A stretch of DNA of 64,000 nt, taken from NCBI GenBank assembly GCA_018883125.1, contig VEQR01000005.1:689-64688 (forward strand), written 5' to 3'. The notes beneath the pieces were generated by a model that saw only the letters and a program-made list of their open reading frames with translations, did not search any database and was not told where the DNA came from. How positions within the stretch are numbered: position 1 is the stretch's first letter; each line of letters starts with the position of its first letter. This document shows, piece after piece, positions 39,193 to 49,600 of this stretch. A program made the translations under genes and the position numbers. Source of the DNA: Candidatus Kapaibacterium sp. GTDB taxonomy: Bacteria > Bacteroidota > Ignavibacteria > Kapaibacteriales > Kapaibacteriaceae.

Positions 39193-40293
39193 ATGAGCAC
39201 CTCCGAAGATTTTCTGCCACTGAACGGCACCGATCACATTGAGTTTTACTGTGGCAACGCCAAGCAGTCATCATTTTTCTACCGCACGGCCTTTGGCTTT
39301 CAGCTGGTTGCCTATGCCGGACCCGAAACAGGCCTGCGAGACCGCGCATCGTATGTGCTGCAGCAGGGTAAGATTCGGCTGGTGCTAACCACGCCAATGC
39401 ATCCTGAAAGCCCCATTACAGAGCATATCGCCAAGCATGGCGATGGTGTAAAGGTGCTGGCTCTGTGGGTGGATGATGCCCGTGCTTCGTGGGAAGCAAC
39501 AACTTCTCGCGGAGCCGTAAGCGTGCAGGAACCAACGGTCCTGACCGACGAATTCGGAGAAGTTGTTGTGGCGAGCATCAAGACCTATGGCGACACGGTC
39601 CACACATTCGTCGAGCGCAAAAACTACACCGGCGCGTTCATGCCGGGTTACAAGGCAGCTGACGACGGGTACAAGACCGAGCAGATCGGCCTGATGTATG
39701 TTGACCATTGCGTTGGCAACGTTGAACTTGGCCAGATGAACTCTTGGGTCAAGTTCTACGAAGATGTTCTCGGATTCAAACTTCTCATCACCTTCGACGA
39801 TAGCGACATCTCCACCGAGTATTCGGCTCTGATGTCGAAGGTAGTTTCCAACGGTTCCGGTTACGTGAAGTTCCCCATCAACGAACCGGCAGAGGGCAAG
39901 AAGAAGAGTCAGATCGAAGAGTACATTGAATTTTACCACGGTGCCGGCGTTCAGCACATCGCCGTTGCCACTGACGACATCCTTCATACGGTCGGCGAGC
40001 TACGCCGACGTGGAGTTCAGTTCCTGAACGTGCCAAATACGTATTACGACGATCTCATCGAGCGTGTTGGGACGATCGACGAGAACATCAACGACCTGCG
40101 CGATCTGAACATCTTGGTGGACCGGGACGACGAAGGCTACCTTCTACAGATCTTCACCAAGCCGGTGGAAGATCGTCCGACGCTCTTCTTTGAGATCATT
40201 CAGCGCCGCGGTGCGCGTTCATTCGGTAAAGGAAATTTCAAGGCCCTGTTTGAATCCATCGAACGCGAGCAGGCTTTGAGAGGTAATTTGTAA
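39193..40293 (+). CDS. hppD: 4-hydroxyphenylpyruvate dioxygenase
   Basis: [11 protein letters not shown]..., GVQHIA..., [10 protein letters not shown]...FFEIIQR...[14 protein letters not shown]. The ATG at 39193 lies 2 nt after the hisC stop. Confidence 0.9.
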   Translation: MSTSEDFLPLNGTDHIEFYCGNAKQSSFFYRTAFGFQLVAYAGPETGLRDRASYVLQQGKIRLVLTTPMHPESPITEHIAKHGDGVKVLALWVDDARASWEATTSRGAVSVQEPTVLTDEFGEVVVASIKTYGDTVHTFVERKNYTGAFMPGYKAADDGYKTEQIGLMYVDHCVGNVELGQMNSWVKFYEDVLGFKLLITFDDSDISTEYSALMSKVVSNGSGYVKFPINEPAEGKKKSQIEEYIEFYHGAGVQHIAVATDDILHTVGELRRRGVQFLNVPNTYYDDLIERVGTIDENINDLRDLNILVDRDDEGYLLQIFTKPVEDRPTLFFEIIQRRGARSFGKGNFKALFESIEREQALRGNL

Positions 40294-40328
40294 GTAACCA
40301 TCAGTTGTTCCACCACAATCGCCCTCGT

Positions 40329-41783
40329 ATGGCTTCATCAGCAAAAAAGGGATCGGCCTTGGCCTCCCACTTCCCCGGGCATAACCCGTTCTTGGAATCG
40401 GTTAACGCCTATTTTGATAAGGCCGCTATGATCATGGACGTCCCGAAGGGACTCCTTGAGCAGATTCGCGTCTGCAACTCGGTCTACTACATGCAATTCC
40501 CGGTCCGCATCAAGGGCGGCATTCAGGTGATCCAGGCATGGCGTGCAGAACACAGCCACCACAAGCTGCCGACAAAGGGCGGTATCCGTTACGCCATGAC
40601 GGTGGATCAGGATGAAGTGCAGGCACTGGCTGCCCTGATGACCTATAAGTGCGCCGTTGTTGACGTGCCATTTGGTGGCGGTAAGGGCGGCATTCGCATC
40701 GACCCTAAGCAGTATACCGAAGAAGAGCTCGAGCGCATCACGCGCCGCTACACCGTTGAATTGATCAAGAAGAATTTCATTGGTGCATCGGTTGATGTGC
40801 CGGCACCGGATTACGGTACCGGACCTCGTGAGATGGCATGGATCGCCGATACATATCAGGCGATGGTGCAGGATGACATCAATGCCCTTGGCTGTGTTAC
40901 CGGCAAGCCTGTTGGCCAGGGCGGCGTGCGCGGCCGCACAGCTGCAACGGGTCGTGGTCTGTTCTTTGCCGTGCGCGAAGCGGTCAACGATCCAAAGCTT
41001 ATGAAGAAGATGAAGATGACCACCGGCCTGTCCGATAAGCGCGTCATCGTCCAGGGCTTCGGCAACGTGGGGTACTATGCTGCAAAGTTCCTCTACGAGT
41101 CTGGTGCAACGGTAGTTGGTGTTATCGAGTGGGATGGCGCTGTCGTCAACCCGAAGGGTATCGACATCAACGCCCTGCAAGCGCACCGCATGGCAAAGGG
41201 TTCGATCACGGGATTTGCCGGTGCAAAAACGATCAAGGATGGTAACAGCGTTCTCGAGTACGACTGCGACATTCTGGTGCCGGCCGCTCTTGAGTCACAG
41301 ATCCACAAGGGCAACGCCTCCAAGATCAAGGCCAAGATCATCGCAGAAGGTGCAAATGGTCCTATCACCTCGGAAGCCGAACCGATCCTTCTGAAGAAGG
41401 GCATCCTTGTGATGCCAGACATGTTTGTCAATGCAGGGGGCGTTGTGGTCTCCTACTTCGAATGGCTCAAGAACCTTTCGCACGTTCGTTTCGGACGGAT
41501 GGATAAGCGCTTCGAAGAAGGCTCCAACCTTCGTATCGTGGATACTGTTGAGCGCCTCACAGGAAAGAGCCTTACGCTTGCCGAACGTCAGATGATCGCC
41601 CGCGGTGCTGATGAAGAAGATCTGGTGAACTCCGGTCTGGAGGACACCATGATCAGCTCGTATCACACGATCAGCGAGATTTACTTCGGTAATGCGAAGG
41701 TAAAGGACATGCGCACAGCGGCATTTGTCAGCTCTATCGACAAGATCGCCACGTCCTACATGTCTCTGGGTATCTTCCCGTAA
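40329..41783 (+). CDS. gdh: Glutamate dehydrogenase, animal-type (GLUD1-like) subfamily
   Basis: [33 protein letters not shown] and IAEGANGP. The ATG is at 40329; the ORF-track start at 40305 is a TTG. Confidence 0.85.
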   Translation: MASSAKKGSALASHFPGHNPFLESVNAYFDKAAMIMDVPKGLLEQIRVCNSVYYMQFPVRIKGGIQVIQAWRAEHSHHKLPTKGGIRYAMTVDQDEVQALAALMTYKCAVVDVPFGGGKGGIRIDPKQYTEEELERITRRYTVELIKKNFIGASVDVPAPDYGTGPREMAWIADTYQAMVQDDINALGCVTGKPVGQGGVRGRTAATGRGLFFAVREAVNDPKLMKKMKMTTGLSDKRVIVQGFGNVGYYAAKFLYESGATVVGVIEWDGAVVNPKGIDINALQAHRMAKGSITGFAGAKTIKDGNSVLEYDCDILVPAALESQIHKGNASKIKAKIIAEGANGPITSEAEPILLKKGILVMPDMFVNAGGVVVSYFEWLKNLSHVRFGRMDKRFEEGSNLRIVDTVERLTGKSLTLAERQMIARGADEEDLVNSGLEDTMISSYHTISEIYFGNAKVKDMRTAAFVSSIDKIATSYMSLGIFP

Positions 41784-41804
41784 GCAGACACCAGCAATGC
41801 AGAA

Positions 41805-41848
41805 ATACAAACGCCGCACCGGACAAATCCGGTGCGGCGTTTTCGTAT
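41805..41848. terminator. Bidirectional rho-independent terminator between the convergent gdh and Ig-domain genes
   Basis: The 14-bp stem pairs AAACGCCGCACCGG (41809..41822) with CCGGTGCGGCGTTT (41829..41842). T-rich runs follow on both strands: TTTTCG on the plus strand and TTTGTATTTCT on the minus strand. Confidence 0.65.
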
Positions 41849-41870
41849 GTGGTGCTATCGATGAGAGAGG

Positions 41871-44315
41871 CTACTGCAGGATGAGCTTCCGAACTGTATG
41901 CCCACTGCGAGAACCGTCGATGGAGAGGACGTAGAGTCCGCCCGGCACAAGTGCACCCCGCATATCACGACGATCCCAACGGAGCTCCCCGCTGCCCTGC
42001 ATGGTGTGGATGCGATCACCAGCAGAGTTGTAGACAGAAATCGTCATGGATTCATCGGAAAGCCCCTTGATCATGACTTCGTTAACGGCCGGATTCGGAT
42101 ACACGCGGACCTTGGTCTGCGCTGCATCGTCGTCGTCGGCATCGACGCTTGTAACATCGCTGCGGCGCAGCATGAAGGTGGTCTGGCCAAAATCCGTGGT
42201 GACTGTCACAAAAGCTTCGTCACCACTCTCCTGCGTCGATTCGACGCAGAGTGTGAGCTTCTGACTCGACTTGAGAGTGAGTGGCGTATCCGGTGCCTGA
42301 GAGAGGCTCCATGTTGCTGCCCCGGCACCCGACAAGCGAATGTTGGTGATCTTGGTTGCATCACATGGAATTGCCACCGATTCATTACAGAGCCGAACAC
42401 CCATTGATGCCTTCGGGAACAGCAATGTGTCCTGAGTGAACTTCAGTGCAGGCGTGCCTTCACCGGTGACGGTGTATGTCTGCGAGCCGATACTGGTGAA
42501 GAACGACACCGTAGCTTGATACGAGCCAAAATCCTTTGGTGTGATCCTCACTTGCAGATCGCGACGTTCATTGACAGCAAGCGTCAGAGGTGCCTTCAGG
42601 TTCACGATTTCGATCTTGGCAATTGGCTCAGCGGAGATCGAGGTGATGGTTACCGGAGAGCCCCCTTCATTCACCAGTAGCCCCGTAATGGTAGTGTCCT
42701 TGGTGAGACAGGCCACAGATTGGCCAAGAGCCAGTGCCGACGAGGTCAGCGTGAGCTTGCCCGGCCCGGCAACGGAAACGATCTTCACGGTAGATGTTTT
42801 TGATGATACCGTGTCGCACTGATTAAAGACCATGCAGCGATACACCCCGCTGTCGGACTTCGCTACCCCAATGATTCTCAGCAGTCGGTCCTTCGCTGAT
42901 GGAAGCGCAACATCGTCTCGATACCACTGATAGACCAGTGACTCGCCGCTTGCCTCGACACTTAGCAGCAAGGTATCCCCCACTCGCAGCGACCTATCGA
43001 GTGGTTGGGTTCTGATCCTTGGTGATTCCGTCACGTCGAGCTTAACGGCTGAGGACGTAACCGAAGCACCGCACGACCCTTCAACACGGCAGCTATAGGT
43101 TGCCTCGTCGAGAACCATCGTCGTGGTGAACTTGAGAACCGAAAGCGTATCGTCCACAAGAGGCGCACCGTTCTTCAGCCACTGGTACCGCAGATTCGAC
43201 CCCGTCGCAACAACGGAGAACGAAGCACTATCGCCTTCGCAGACCGCTCGAGGAAGGGGCTGACGTGTGAGCGCAGTAGCTGCACCAACTGTTACCTCAA
43301 CCTCGTTCGAGGCCAGACTTGTAGAGCACGCGAAGGCCACACACTGGTACTTTCCGGCTTCAGCCTGCGTTGCCTGATTGATGGTCAGGATCGGATTTGT
43401 TCCACCGGGAATGTCAACACCGTTCTTCTTCCAGCGGTAAAGGATATTTCCGCCCACCGATGAGACCGTCAGCGTAAGTGTCTTTCCGGCGCAGACAAAC
43501 GTCGGCTGCGGCTGAAGAGTGAAATTTGGTCCTGCCTGAATGGAATACTGTCCTGTGCGTGCAATCTCTTCCTGCGTCGTTGCATCCACCATACGCATCA
43601 CGTACGTCCCGGCCGGAAGAGTTGGCGGAATCTGGTAGGATGTGGAGAGCGAAGCTGCAGCCGCGGTCGTGATCACCTCGGCAGTTTGAAAGTCATCCTT
43701 GGACATTTCGACACGAACCTGGCCGAGTCCGGTCTGTTGCCACTGCACGTCCATTGTTGTGCCCGTGCAAAACGATGACGCGGCAAGGGGCTTGGTGAAG
43801 TTGGCACCAGTAACCGTTATTGTAACGGTTCCCGAAAGTGCCCAGTCGTCGGCATCAGAGTCATTACCATCGTTGTTTACCGCATTGCCCACTCCGGCAA
43901 AGCTTACAACACCGTGCGTGGCAGGGGCCGTCCACGCGAAGGTGAATCGCGCACCGTCAGCGCCAAACGCAGTAGCTTGCTTGTGCGTGAGTTCGCTCGA
44001 GCGCACTTGACTATTTGCACCCGCAGTAAGGGTACCGGCATAGGACGTGCCGCTGCGAAAGCTGAGATTAAAACCGGCGTTGCGCAGTGTAGGATGTGCC
44101 ACGACGAACGTGTAAGGGGTATTCGAACCCGCCTTCACTGTTCGTGGTCCCTCGAGCACTGCCGATGTGTTGGCTGACGCGCCGCCGTGGCAACCCCCGC
44201 AACCGGTCATCGACCCTCCGGTCTTACCGTTACTATTGGCCATGGTGCTGATCGGCACGACCAGACAGACAAGTGCAGTGACCACCAATCGTGATCCAGC
44301 GACGAAAAGACTCAT
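41871..44315 (-). CDS. Secreted T9SS cargo protein with an N-terminal CXXCH-containing module, three Ig-like (I-set/Ig_3-like) domains and further beta-rich domains
   Basis: GGAGGA lies 7 nt upstream of the ATG at 44315. The signal peptide is LVVTALVCLVVPISTMA. CGGCH is encoded at 44187..44201. Three repeats of about 85 aa carry LxYxW...G.YxC. The C-terminal VYPNPA...GGLYVLSI is a T9SS CTD. Confidence 0.8.
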   Translation of the reverse strand: MSLFVAGSRLVVTALVCLVVPISTMANSNGKTGGSMTGCGGCHGGASANTSAVLEGPRTVKAGSNTPYTFVVAHPTLRNAGFNLSFRSGTSYAGTLTAGANSQVRSSELTHKQATAFGADGARFTFAWTAPATHGVVSFAGVGNAVNNDGNDSDADDWALSGTVTITVTGANFTKPLAASSFCTGTTMDVQWQQTGLGQVRVEMSKDDFQTAEVITTAAAASLSTSYQIPPTLPAGTYVMRMVDATTQEEIARTGQYSIQAGPNFTLQPQPTFVCAGKTLTLTVSSVGGNILYRWKKNGVDIPGGTNPILTINQATQAEAGKYQCVAFACSTSLASNEVEVTVGAATALTRQPLPRAVCEGDSASFSVVATGSNLRYQWLKNGAPLVDDTLSVLKFTTTMVLDEATYSCRVEGSCGASVTSSAVKLDVTESPRIRTQPLDRSLRVGDTLLLSVEASGESLVYQWYRDDVALPSAKDRLLRIIGVAKSDSGVYRCMVFNQCDTVSSKTSTVKIVSVAGPGKLTLTSSALALGQSVACLTKDTTITGLLVNEGGSPVTITSISAEPIAKIEIVNLKAPLTLAVNERRDLQVRITPKDFGSYQATVSFFTSIGSQTYTVTGEGTPALKFTQDTLLFPKASMGVRLCNESVAIPCDATKITNIRLSGAGAATWSLSQAPDTPLTLKSSQKLTLCVESTQESGDEAFVTVTTDFGQTTFMLRRSDVTSVDADDDDAAQTKVRVYPNPAVNEVMIKGLSDESMTISVYNSAGDRIHTMQGSGELRWDRRDMRGALVPGGLYVLSIDGSRSGHTVRKLILQ

Positions 44316-44348
44316 GACAGATCCTCCAAACAACAAAATCGGTGACCC

Positions 44349-44384
44349 GAAAATAGCTCGGGCCAACACAAAAAGGTTGGCCCG
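44349..44384 (-). terminator. Candidate rho-independent terminator after the YceI-family gene
   Basis: A perfect 9-bp stem pairs CGGGCCAAC (44359..44367) with GTTGGCCCG (44376..44384). On the minus strand it is followed by AGCTATTTTC. Confidence 0.5.
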
Positions 44385-44411
44385 ATCCAAAAGGTTTCGA
44401 TGGTTAAATGT

Positions 44412-45056
44412 TTAGGAGTTTGAGAACAGCTTGGCTGTTACGGCTATGGTCTCACCAACGCTCTTTCCTACAACTCCTGCCTTGCCCGTAATGTTGTGAT
44501 CGGCAAGTCCAACATTGAACGTCGCCTCGATCATTGCAAGGTTGCCAGAAGCGCGCTTCTTGGTGTCGGCGGATTCCGGGAGATAGGTGATGGTAACACT
44601 TGCAGAGGTTGGCTTGGTTACTCCATGGCAGGTAAAGCTGCCGACCGCTGTAGCGGTAACAACACTGCGGCCGTCCTTCGTGGCAACTTTGACGTCCTTG
44701 AGTGACTTGATATCGAAAGTGATTGTTGGATACTTCGCCGCATCAAGCCACATAGCGTCATACATGTGTTCATCGCGCTTGCTGTTTGCCGTCTTCATCG
44801 TCAGAACGGCAACGTCGATCTTGCCGCTTGTTGCCTCAAGATTGGCGGCATCAAGTGTGAATGCACCCTGTACACCGTCGGCAGTGCCGTTGATCTTTTC
44901 AACGGGAGCTTCTGAAACGAACTCGATGGCGTTCTTGCCAACAGCGTTGTTCAAAGAATACTTCTTGGCACCGCCGGCGGCACCAGGAATTGCAGTGGCC
45001 GATACCAGCGTGGTGGCGGCGACAAGTGCCGACAAACTGAGCAGGAGTGTTCGCAT
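44412..45056 (-). CDS. YceI-family periplasmic (polyisoprenoid-binding-like) protein
   Basis: The start was set at MRTLLLSLSALVAATTLVSA (ATG at 45056, a signal peptide). ...KTANSKRDEHM...AAKYPTITF...FTCHGVTKP are typical of the YceI family. The 97-codon upstream extension was rejected. Confidence 0.85.
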   Translation of the reverse strand: MRTLLLSLSALVAATTLVSATAIPGAAGGAKKYSLNNAVGKNAIEFVSEAPVEKINGTADGVQGAFTLDAANLEATSGKIDVAVLTMKTANSKRDEHMYDAMWLDAAKYPTITFDIKSLKDVKVATKDGRSVVTATAVGSFTCHGVTKPTSASVTITYLPESADTKKRASGNLAMIEATFNVGLADHNITGKAGVVGKSVGETIAVTAKLFSNS

Positions 45057-45090
45057 GACGAAACTCTTTCGAATGGTGGATGTGATGTGT

Positions 45091-46233
45091 CTATTTGTGT
45101 GTTGCACCACGCAAATTACGAACAACCTCGGCGAGTATTGCACAGGCGTCGAGAATTTCTTGTTCAGTCGTTGAGTAACTGACCGAGATCCGAACTGCGG
45201 CTCGTGATTCGGCGGCAGATCGTCCCATCGCGAGCAACACGTGCGACGGCTGTTGACTCCCGGAAACACAGGCACTGCCATTGGAAACGGCCACACCGGC
45301 GATATCCATGGCCTGAATGATCGCCTCGCCGTCGATACGATCTGCATCCAGAAACGAGACGTTCAGAATGTGTGGTAGAGCCCCTTCAACCGGGGTGTTG
45401 AAACGGACATCTGGAATATCTCGCTGGATGAGCGTCCGGGCCAGAGCGATACGTTCACGATTGATCTTCGCACGCTCATCCATCGCTGCCATTGATGCCT
45501 TCACTGCAGCAGCAAAGCCAACGATCAGCGCAACGGGCTCGGTTCCAGCTCTGCGGTTACGTTCCTGGCCGCCCCCTTGCTGGTGAGACTTGAAGTCAAT
45601 GCCTTTGCGAATGAACATCGCCCCCACGCCTTTGGGTCCATGAATCTTGTGTGCCGAGATCGTCAGGAAGTCCACACCCAGCGTCTGCACGTCGATGGGA
45701 ATCTTCCCAAAGGACTGAACTGCATCGCTGTGAAACACCACATTGTTGACGCGCTGACGCAGTTCGGCAAGGGGCTGGATGACTCCCGTCTCGTTGTTGC
45801 CGTGCATGAGGCTGACCAGAACGTCGGGCTGATTCAGTCCATCAAGCAACGAGGGATCCACAAGCCCCCTATCATCTACGGGTAGGATCGCCGCTGCTAT
45901 GCCGGATGCGTGTTCTGCCTCCGCAGGATGGAGCACCGCGTGATGTTCCGTGGCTCCTACCGCCAACCGACTCACAAGTCGTGACTCGTGAAGCGCAGTC
46001 TTGATGATCGTGTTGTTGGACTCCGTGCCCCCGCTGGTAAAGATGATCTCGGCCGGATGGGCATTGAGTGCGGAGGCAATGGTGGTTCTAGCTGACTCGA
46101 TGGCAACGCGGGCGCGACGTCCGATGGCATAGATGCTTGACGCGTTGCCATAGTCCTCGCGGAGCCACGGAAGCATTGCCTCCAAGACGTGGTCATCGAT
46201 GCGCGTTGTGGCGCTATTGTCGAGGTATATCAT
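45091..46233 (-). CDS. Cysteine desulfurase (class V aminotransferase, NifS/IscS family)
   Basis: MIYLDNSATT... and SAHKIHGPKGVGA (PLP lysine), with a ...SNGSACVSG active-site Cys loop. Confidence 0.9.
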   Translation of the reverse strand: MIYLDNSATTRIDDHVLEAMLPWLREDYGNASSIYAIGRRARVAIESARTTIASALNAHPAEIIFTSGGTESNNTIIKTALHESRLVSRLAVGATEHHAVLHPAEAEHASGIAAAILPVDDRGLVDPSLLDGLNQPDVLVSLMHGNNETGVIQPLAELRQRVNNVVFHSDAVQSFGKIPIDVQTLGVDFLTISAHKIHGPKGVGAMFIRKGIDFKSHQQGGGQERNRRAGTEPVALIVGFAAAVKASMAAMDERAKINRERIALARTLIQRDIPDVRFNTPVEGALPHILNVSFLDADRIDGEAIIQAMDIAGVAVSNGSACVSGSQQPSHVLLAMGRSAAESRAAVRISVSYSTTEQEILDACAILAEVVRNLRGATHK

Positions 46234-46505
46234 CAGGCGCGGCCAAATCCCTTGTACAGGTCGAACTTGGCACTGTAGAGGACAATGTTCAGGTGCTCGT
46301 CGCGAAGGGTGCCCCCTGACGGCGAGAGATAGAAGGTTGCCACCGTATCGGTAACTGTTTTCGACAGAACACCGGCGCCGTCCACGTAGAAACTGAGGAT
46401 TTTATATCCCAGATGCTCCGATGCACTCGCGGCCTGCGTGAGAAGATTTTCGGGCGTGTAGAGTCGAAGATCCTGTTCCATGAGTTCCACAGACGACGAT
46501 GGCAT
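46233..46505 (-). CDS. Hypothetical 90-aa protein, stop/start coupled to the desulfurase gene
   Basis: The ORF has non-repetitive composition. Its TGA shares one base with the downstream ATG (TGATG). I recognise no motif and see no clear SD. Confidence 0.4.
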   Translation of the reverse strand: MPSSSVELMEQDLRLYTPENLLTQAASASEHLGYKILSFYVDGAGVLSKTVTDTVATFYLSPSGGTLRDEHLNIVLYSAKFDLYKGFGRA

Positions 46506-46626
46506 GAATTCCGTTCGTTGAGCCTCGAAAATAACCAGTAATTTTGCCCTTCGCGGTCATCGTGACGGCACGATGGTTGTGCCTCATACGTCAACGGCCC
46601 ATCTCTTCACCAACCACCACCACGTC

Positions 46627-49600
46627 ATGCTCAAGTTTCTGCAGTCGCTCATTGGCGGATCTAAACACGAAAAGGACGTCAAAGAACTGCGGCCGATCGT
46701 CGATCAGATCAACGCACACTTTGCTCAGCTGTCGTCAATCTCCGACCAGGAACTGCGAGCCAAGACCGACGAGTTTCGCCAGCGGGTTGCCGAGGCGGTG
46801 GCCGAGCTGCGCGCCGAAGCCGAGGAGATCCGAGAACGCCTTCGCACAGACCTTGCGATGGACCATACCGAGCGCTCCAACCTGTATGCTCGCCTTGGCG
46901 CCAATGAACGTGAGCAGTTCGAGGCCACGCAGCAGGAGCTAACGGATATCCTTCCGGAAGCCTTTGCCGTGGTTAAGGACGCTTGCCGCAGGCTCGTGGG
47001 CCACAAGTACCTGGTTGTGGGCACCGAGCAGACCTGGGACATGGTGCCCTATGATGTTCAGCTGATCGGTGGGATCGTGCTTCACCAGGGCAAGATCGCC
47101 GAAATGGGCACGGGAGAAGGAAAGACGCTGGTTTCGACGCTGCCGCTGTACCTTAATGCCATTGCCGGACGCGGGGTGCACCTTGTAACGGTCAACGATT
47201 ATCTGGCCCGACGCGACCGCGAGTGGATGCGTCCGGTCTTCGACATGCTCGGCGTCTCCACCGGCTGTATTCAATCGGACATGCGTCCGGAAGAACGCAA
47301 GAATCAGTATGGGGCTGACCTGACGTGGGGAACGAACAACGAGTTTGGCTTTGACTACCTGCGCGACAACATGGTCAACGACCCGCAGGACATGGTACAG
47401 CGTGGACACTGGTTTGCCATTGTTGACGAGGTGGACTCGGTCTTGATCGACGAGGCCCGCACGCCCCTTATCATCTCAGGTCCGGTCACAGCCGGCTCCA
47501 CCGAGACGGCATTCGTCGAGATGAAACCACGCGTGCAGCGTCTTGTTGATGCCCAAGCGCGCTTTGTAAACAGCATTGTTGCCGAGGCAGAGAAGCTCCT
47601 TGCAACCGGATTCAAGGAAGATCGCGTGAACGCCGGCGTGAACCTGCTGCGCGCAAACCGCGGTATGCCCAAGCAAAGCAAGCTCCTGAAGTTGCTTCAG
47701 GATCCGGATGCGATGAAGCTACTTCGCGATACGGAACTGGACTATCTGCGCGACCAGGGTCAGCGCATGAACATCATCGATCAGGAGCTCTACTTCACCG
47801 TCGATGAAAAGAATCACCAGATAGACATTTCGGAAAAGGGACGCGAGCTGCTTACCTCATCCCAAGAGGACCCAGAGATGTTCGTGATCCCGGACATCGC
47901 CGCTCAGATGAGCGCTCTTGAGGGCGATGCAGGCGTGAGTGCTGAAGAGAAGACGCTTAAACGCGACGAGCTCATGCGCGTATTCTCTGACCGCTCAGAT
48001 CGTATTCATATCGTCAACCAGCTGTTGCGTGCCTACACGCTGTATGTGCGAGATGACGAATACGTTGTCCAGGACGGCAAGATCAAGATCGTGGATGAGT
48101 TCACGGGACGTATCCTTGAAGGGCGCCGCTATTCCGATGGACTTCATCAGGCCATTGAGGCTAAGGAAGGCGTGTTTGTTGAACAGGACACGCAGACCTT
48201 TGCTACGGTAACGCTGCAGAACTACTTCCGCCTCTATCACAAACTTGCCGGTATGACCGGTACAGCCGAAACAGAAGCTGCGGAGTTCTGGCAGATCTAC
48301 ACGCTTGACGTTGTAGCGATCCCGACGAACCGTCCCGTACAGCGTAAGGACATTGACGATCTCATATACCGTACCAAGCGCGAGAAGTACAACGCTGTTG
48401 TCGAGGCCGTGCAGGCAGAGCTCAAGGCCGGCCGTGCCGTCCTCGTCGGTACCACGAGCGTGGAAGTATCTGAGCTTCTAAGTAAGATGCTCAAGCGCGC
48501 AAATGTCAATCACAACGTTCTTAACGCCAAGCAGCACCAACGTGAAGCCGAGATCGTGGCCAACGCCGGAAAGAAAGGCGCCGTGATGATCGCCACCAAC
48601 ATGGCAGGCCGTGGCACGGACATCAAGCTCGATACCGACGTGAAGCAGGCAGGGGGCTTGGCGATAATCGGTACGGAGCGCCACGAGGCGCGCCGAATCG
48701 ATCGTCAGCTTCGCGGTCGTGCCGGACGTCAGGGTGATCCGGGATCCTCGCAGTTCTTTATTTCCCTCGAAGACGATCTGATGCGCCTATTCGGCGGCGA
48801 GCGCATCGCCGCTGCCATGCAGCGTATGAAGGTCCCGGAAGGCGAACCTATCCAAAGCGGCATTGTCACCAAGGCCGTGGAGAACGCCCAGAAGAAGGTA
48901 GAAGGCAACAACTTCGGCATCCGCAAGCGTCTTCTCGAATACGACAACGTGATGAACCAACAGCGCGAAGTGATCTACGATCGCCGACGTCATGCACTTA
49001 TGGGCGAACGTCTGCGTAGCGAGATCCTTGAATACGCAAGCGAGCTTACTGAGCAGTGGTACGACGAGCATCATCCGTCAAACGATCACACCTCGTTCAT
49101 GAATACGATCCGCGCTAAGATGCTCTGCGAACCGAATGTGACCGAGCAGAGTTTTGCCTCCGACAGTAAGGAGCAGACGTTGGAGCTCGTCAAGGAAGCC
49201 GTGGTAGAATTCTACGACCGCAAGGAAGCCATGCTCGGACACGACTTCATGTCGCAGCTCGAGCGCGTTGCGGCCCTTCGCGCGGTTGACGACGAATGGC
49301 GGGAACACCTGCGCGTGATGGATGACCTCAAGGAGGGGATCTACCTTCGGGCCTATGGTCAGAAGGATCCGATTCTGGAGTACAAGCAGGAAGCATATCG
49401 CGTCTTCCTCGAGCTGCTCACGCAGATCAACGAAGCAACCGTGTCGTTTGCCTTCAAGTACTTCCCGCAGATCGCCGAACGTCCGCAACAGCAGGCCGCC
49501 CCACGTCCTGCCCCGCTGCCATCGGTGACCTCATCGACGCCAACACGTCAGCTGCGGTTCTCGCATCCAACGTCTACATCCACATCGCTGGGTGCAGATC

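Noticed and set aside
40338-41186. 282-aa minus-strand ORF antisense to the glutamate dehydrogenase gene. Similar antisense ORFs occur at 30586..31239, 32522..33274, 39385..39987 and 50619..51299.
   Set aside because: All are fully embedded opposite genes with strong family signatures, so I treat them as antisense artefacts.
45057-45347. Long N-terminal extensions in ORF-track entries: YceI at 45057..45347, ScpA at 35814..36029, HppD at 39067..39192, transketolase-C at 59625..59825, SecA at 46573..46626 and the Ig-protein at 44316..44390
   Set aside because: The extensions overlap upstream genes or lack homology. Internal ATGs coincide with signal peptides, canonical family N-termini, SD sequences or ATGA stop/start overlaps.
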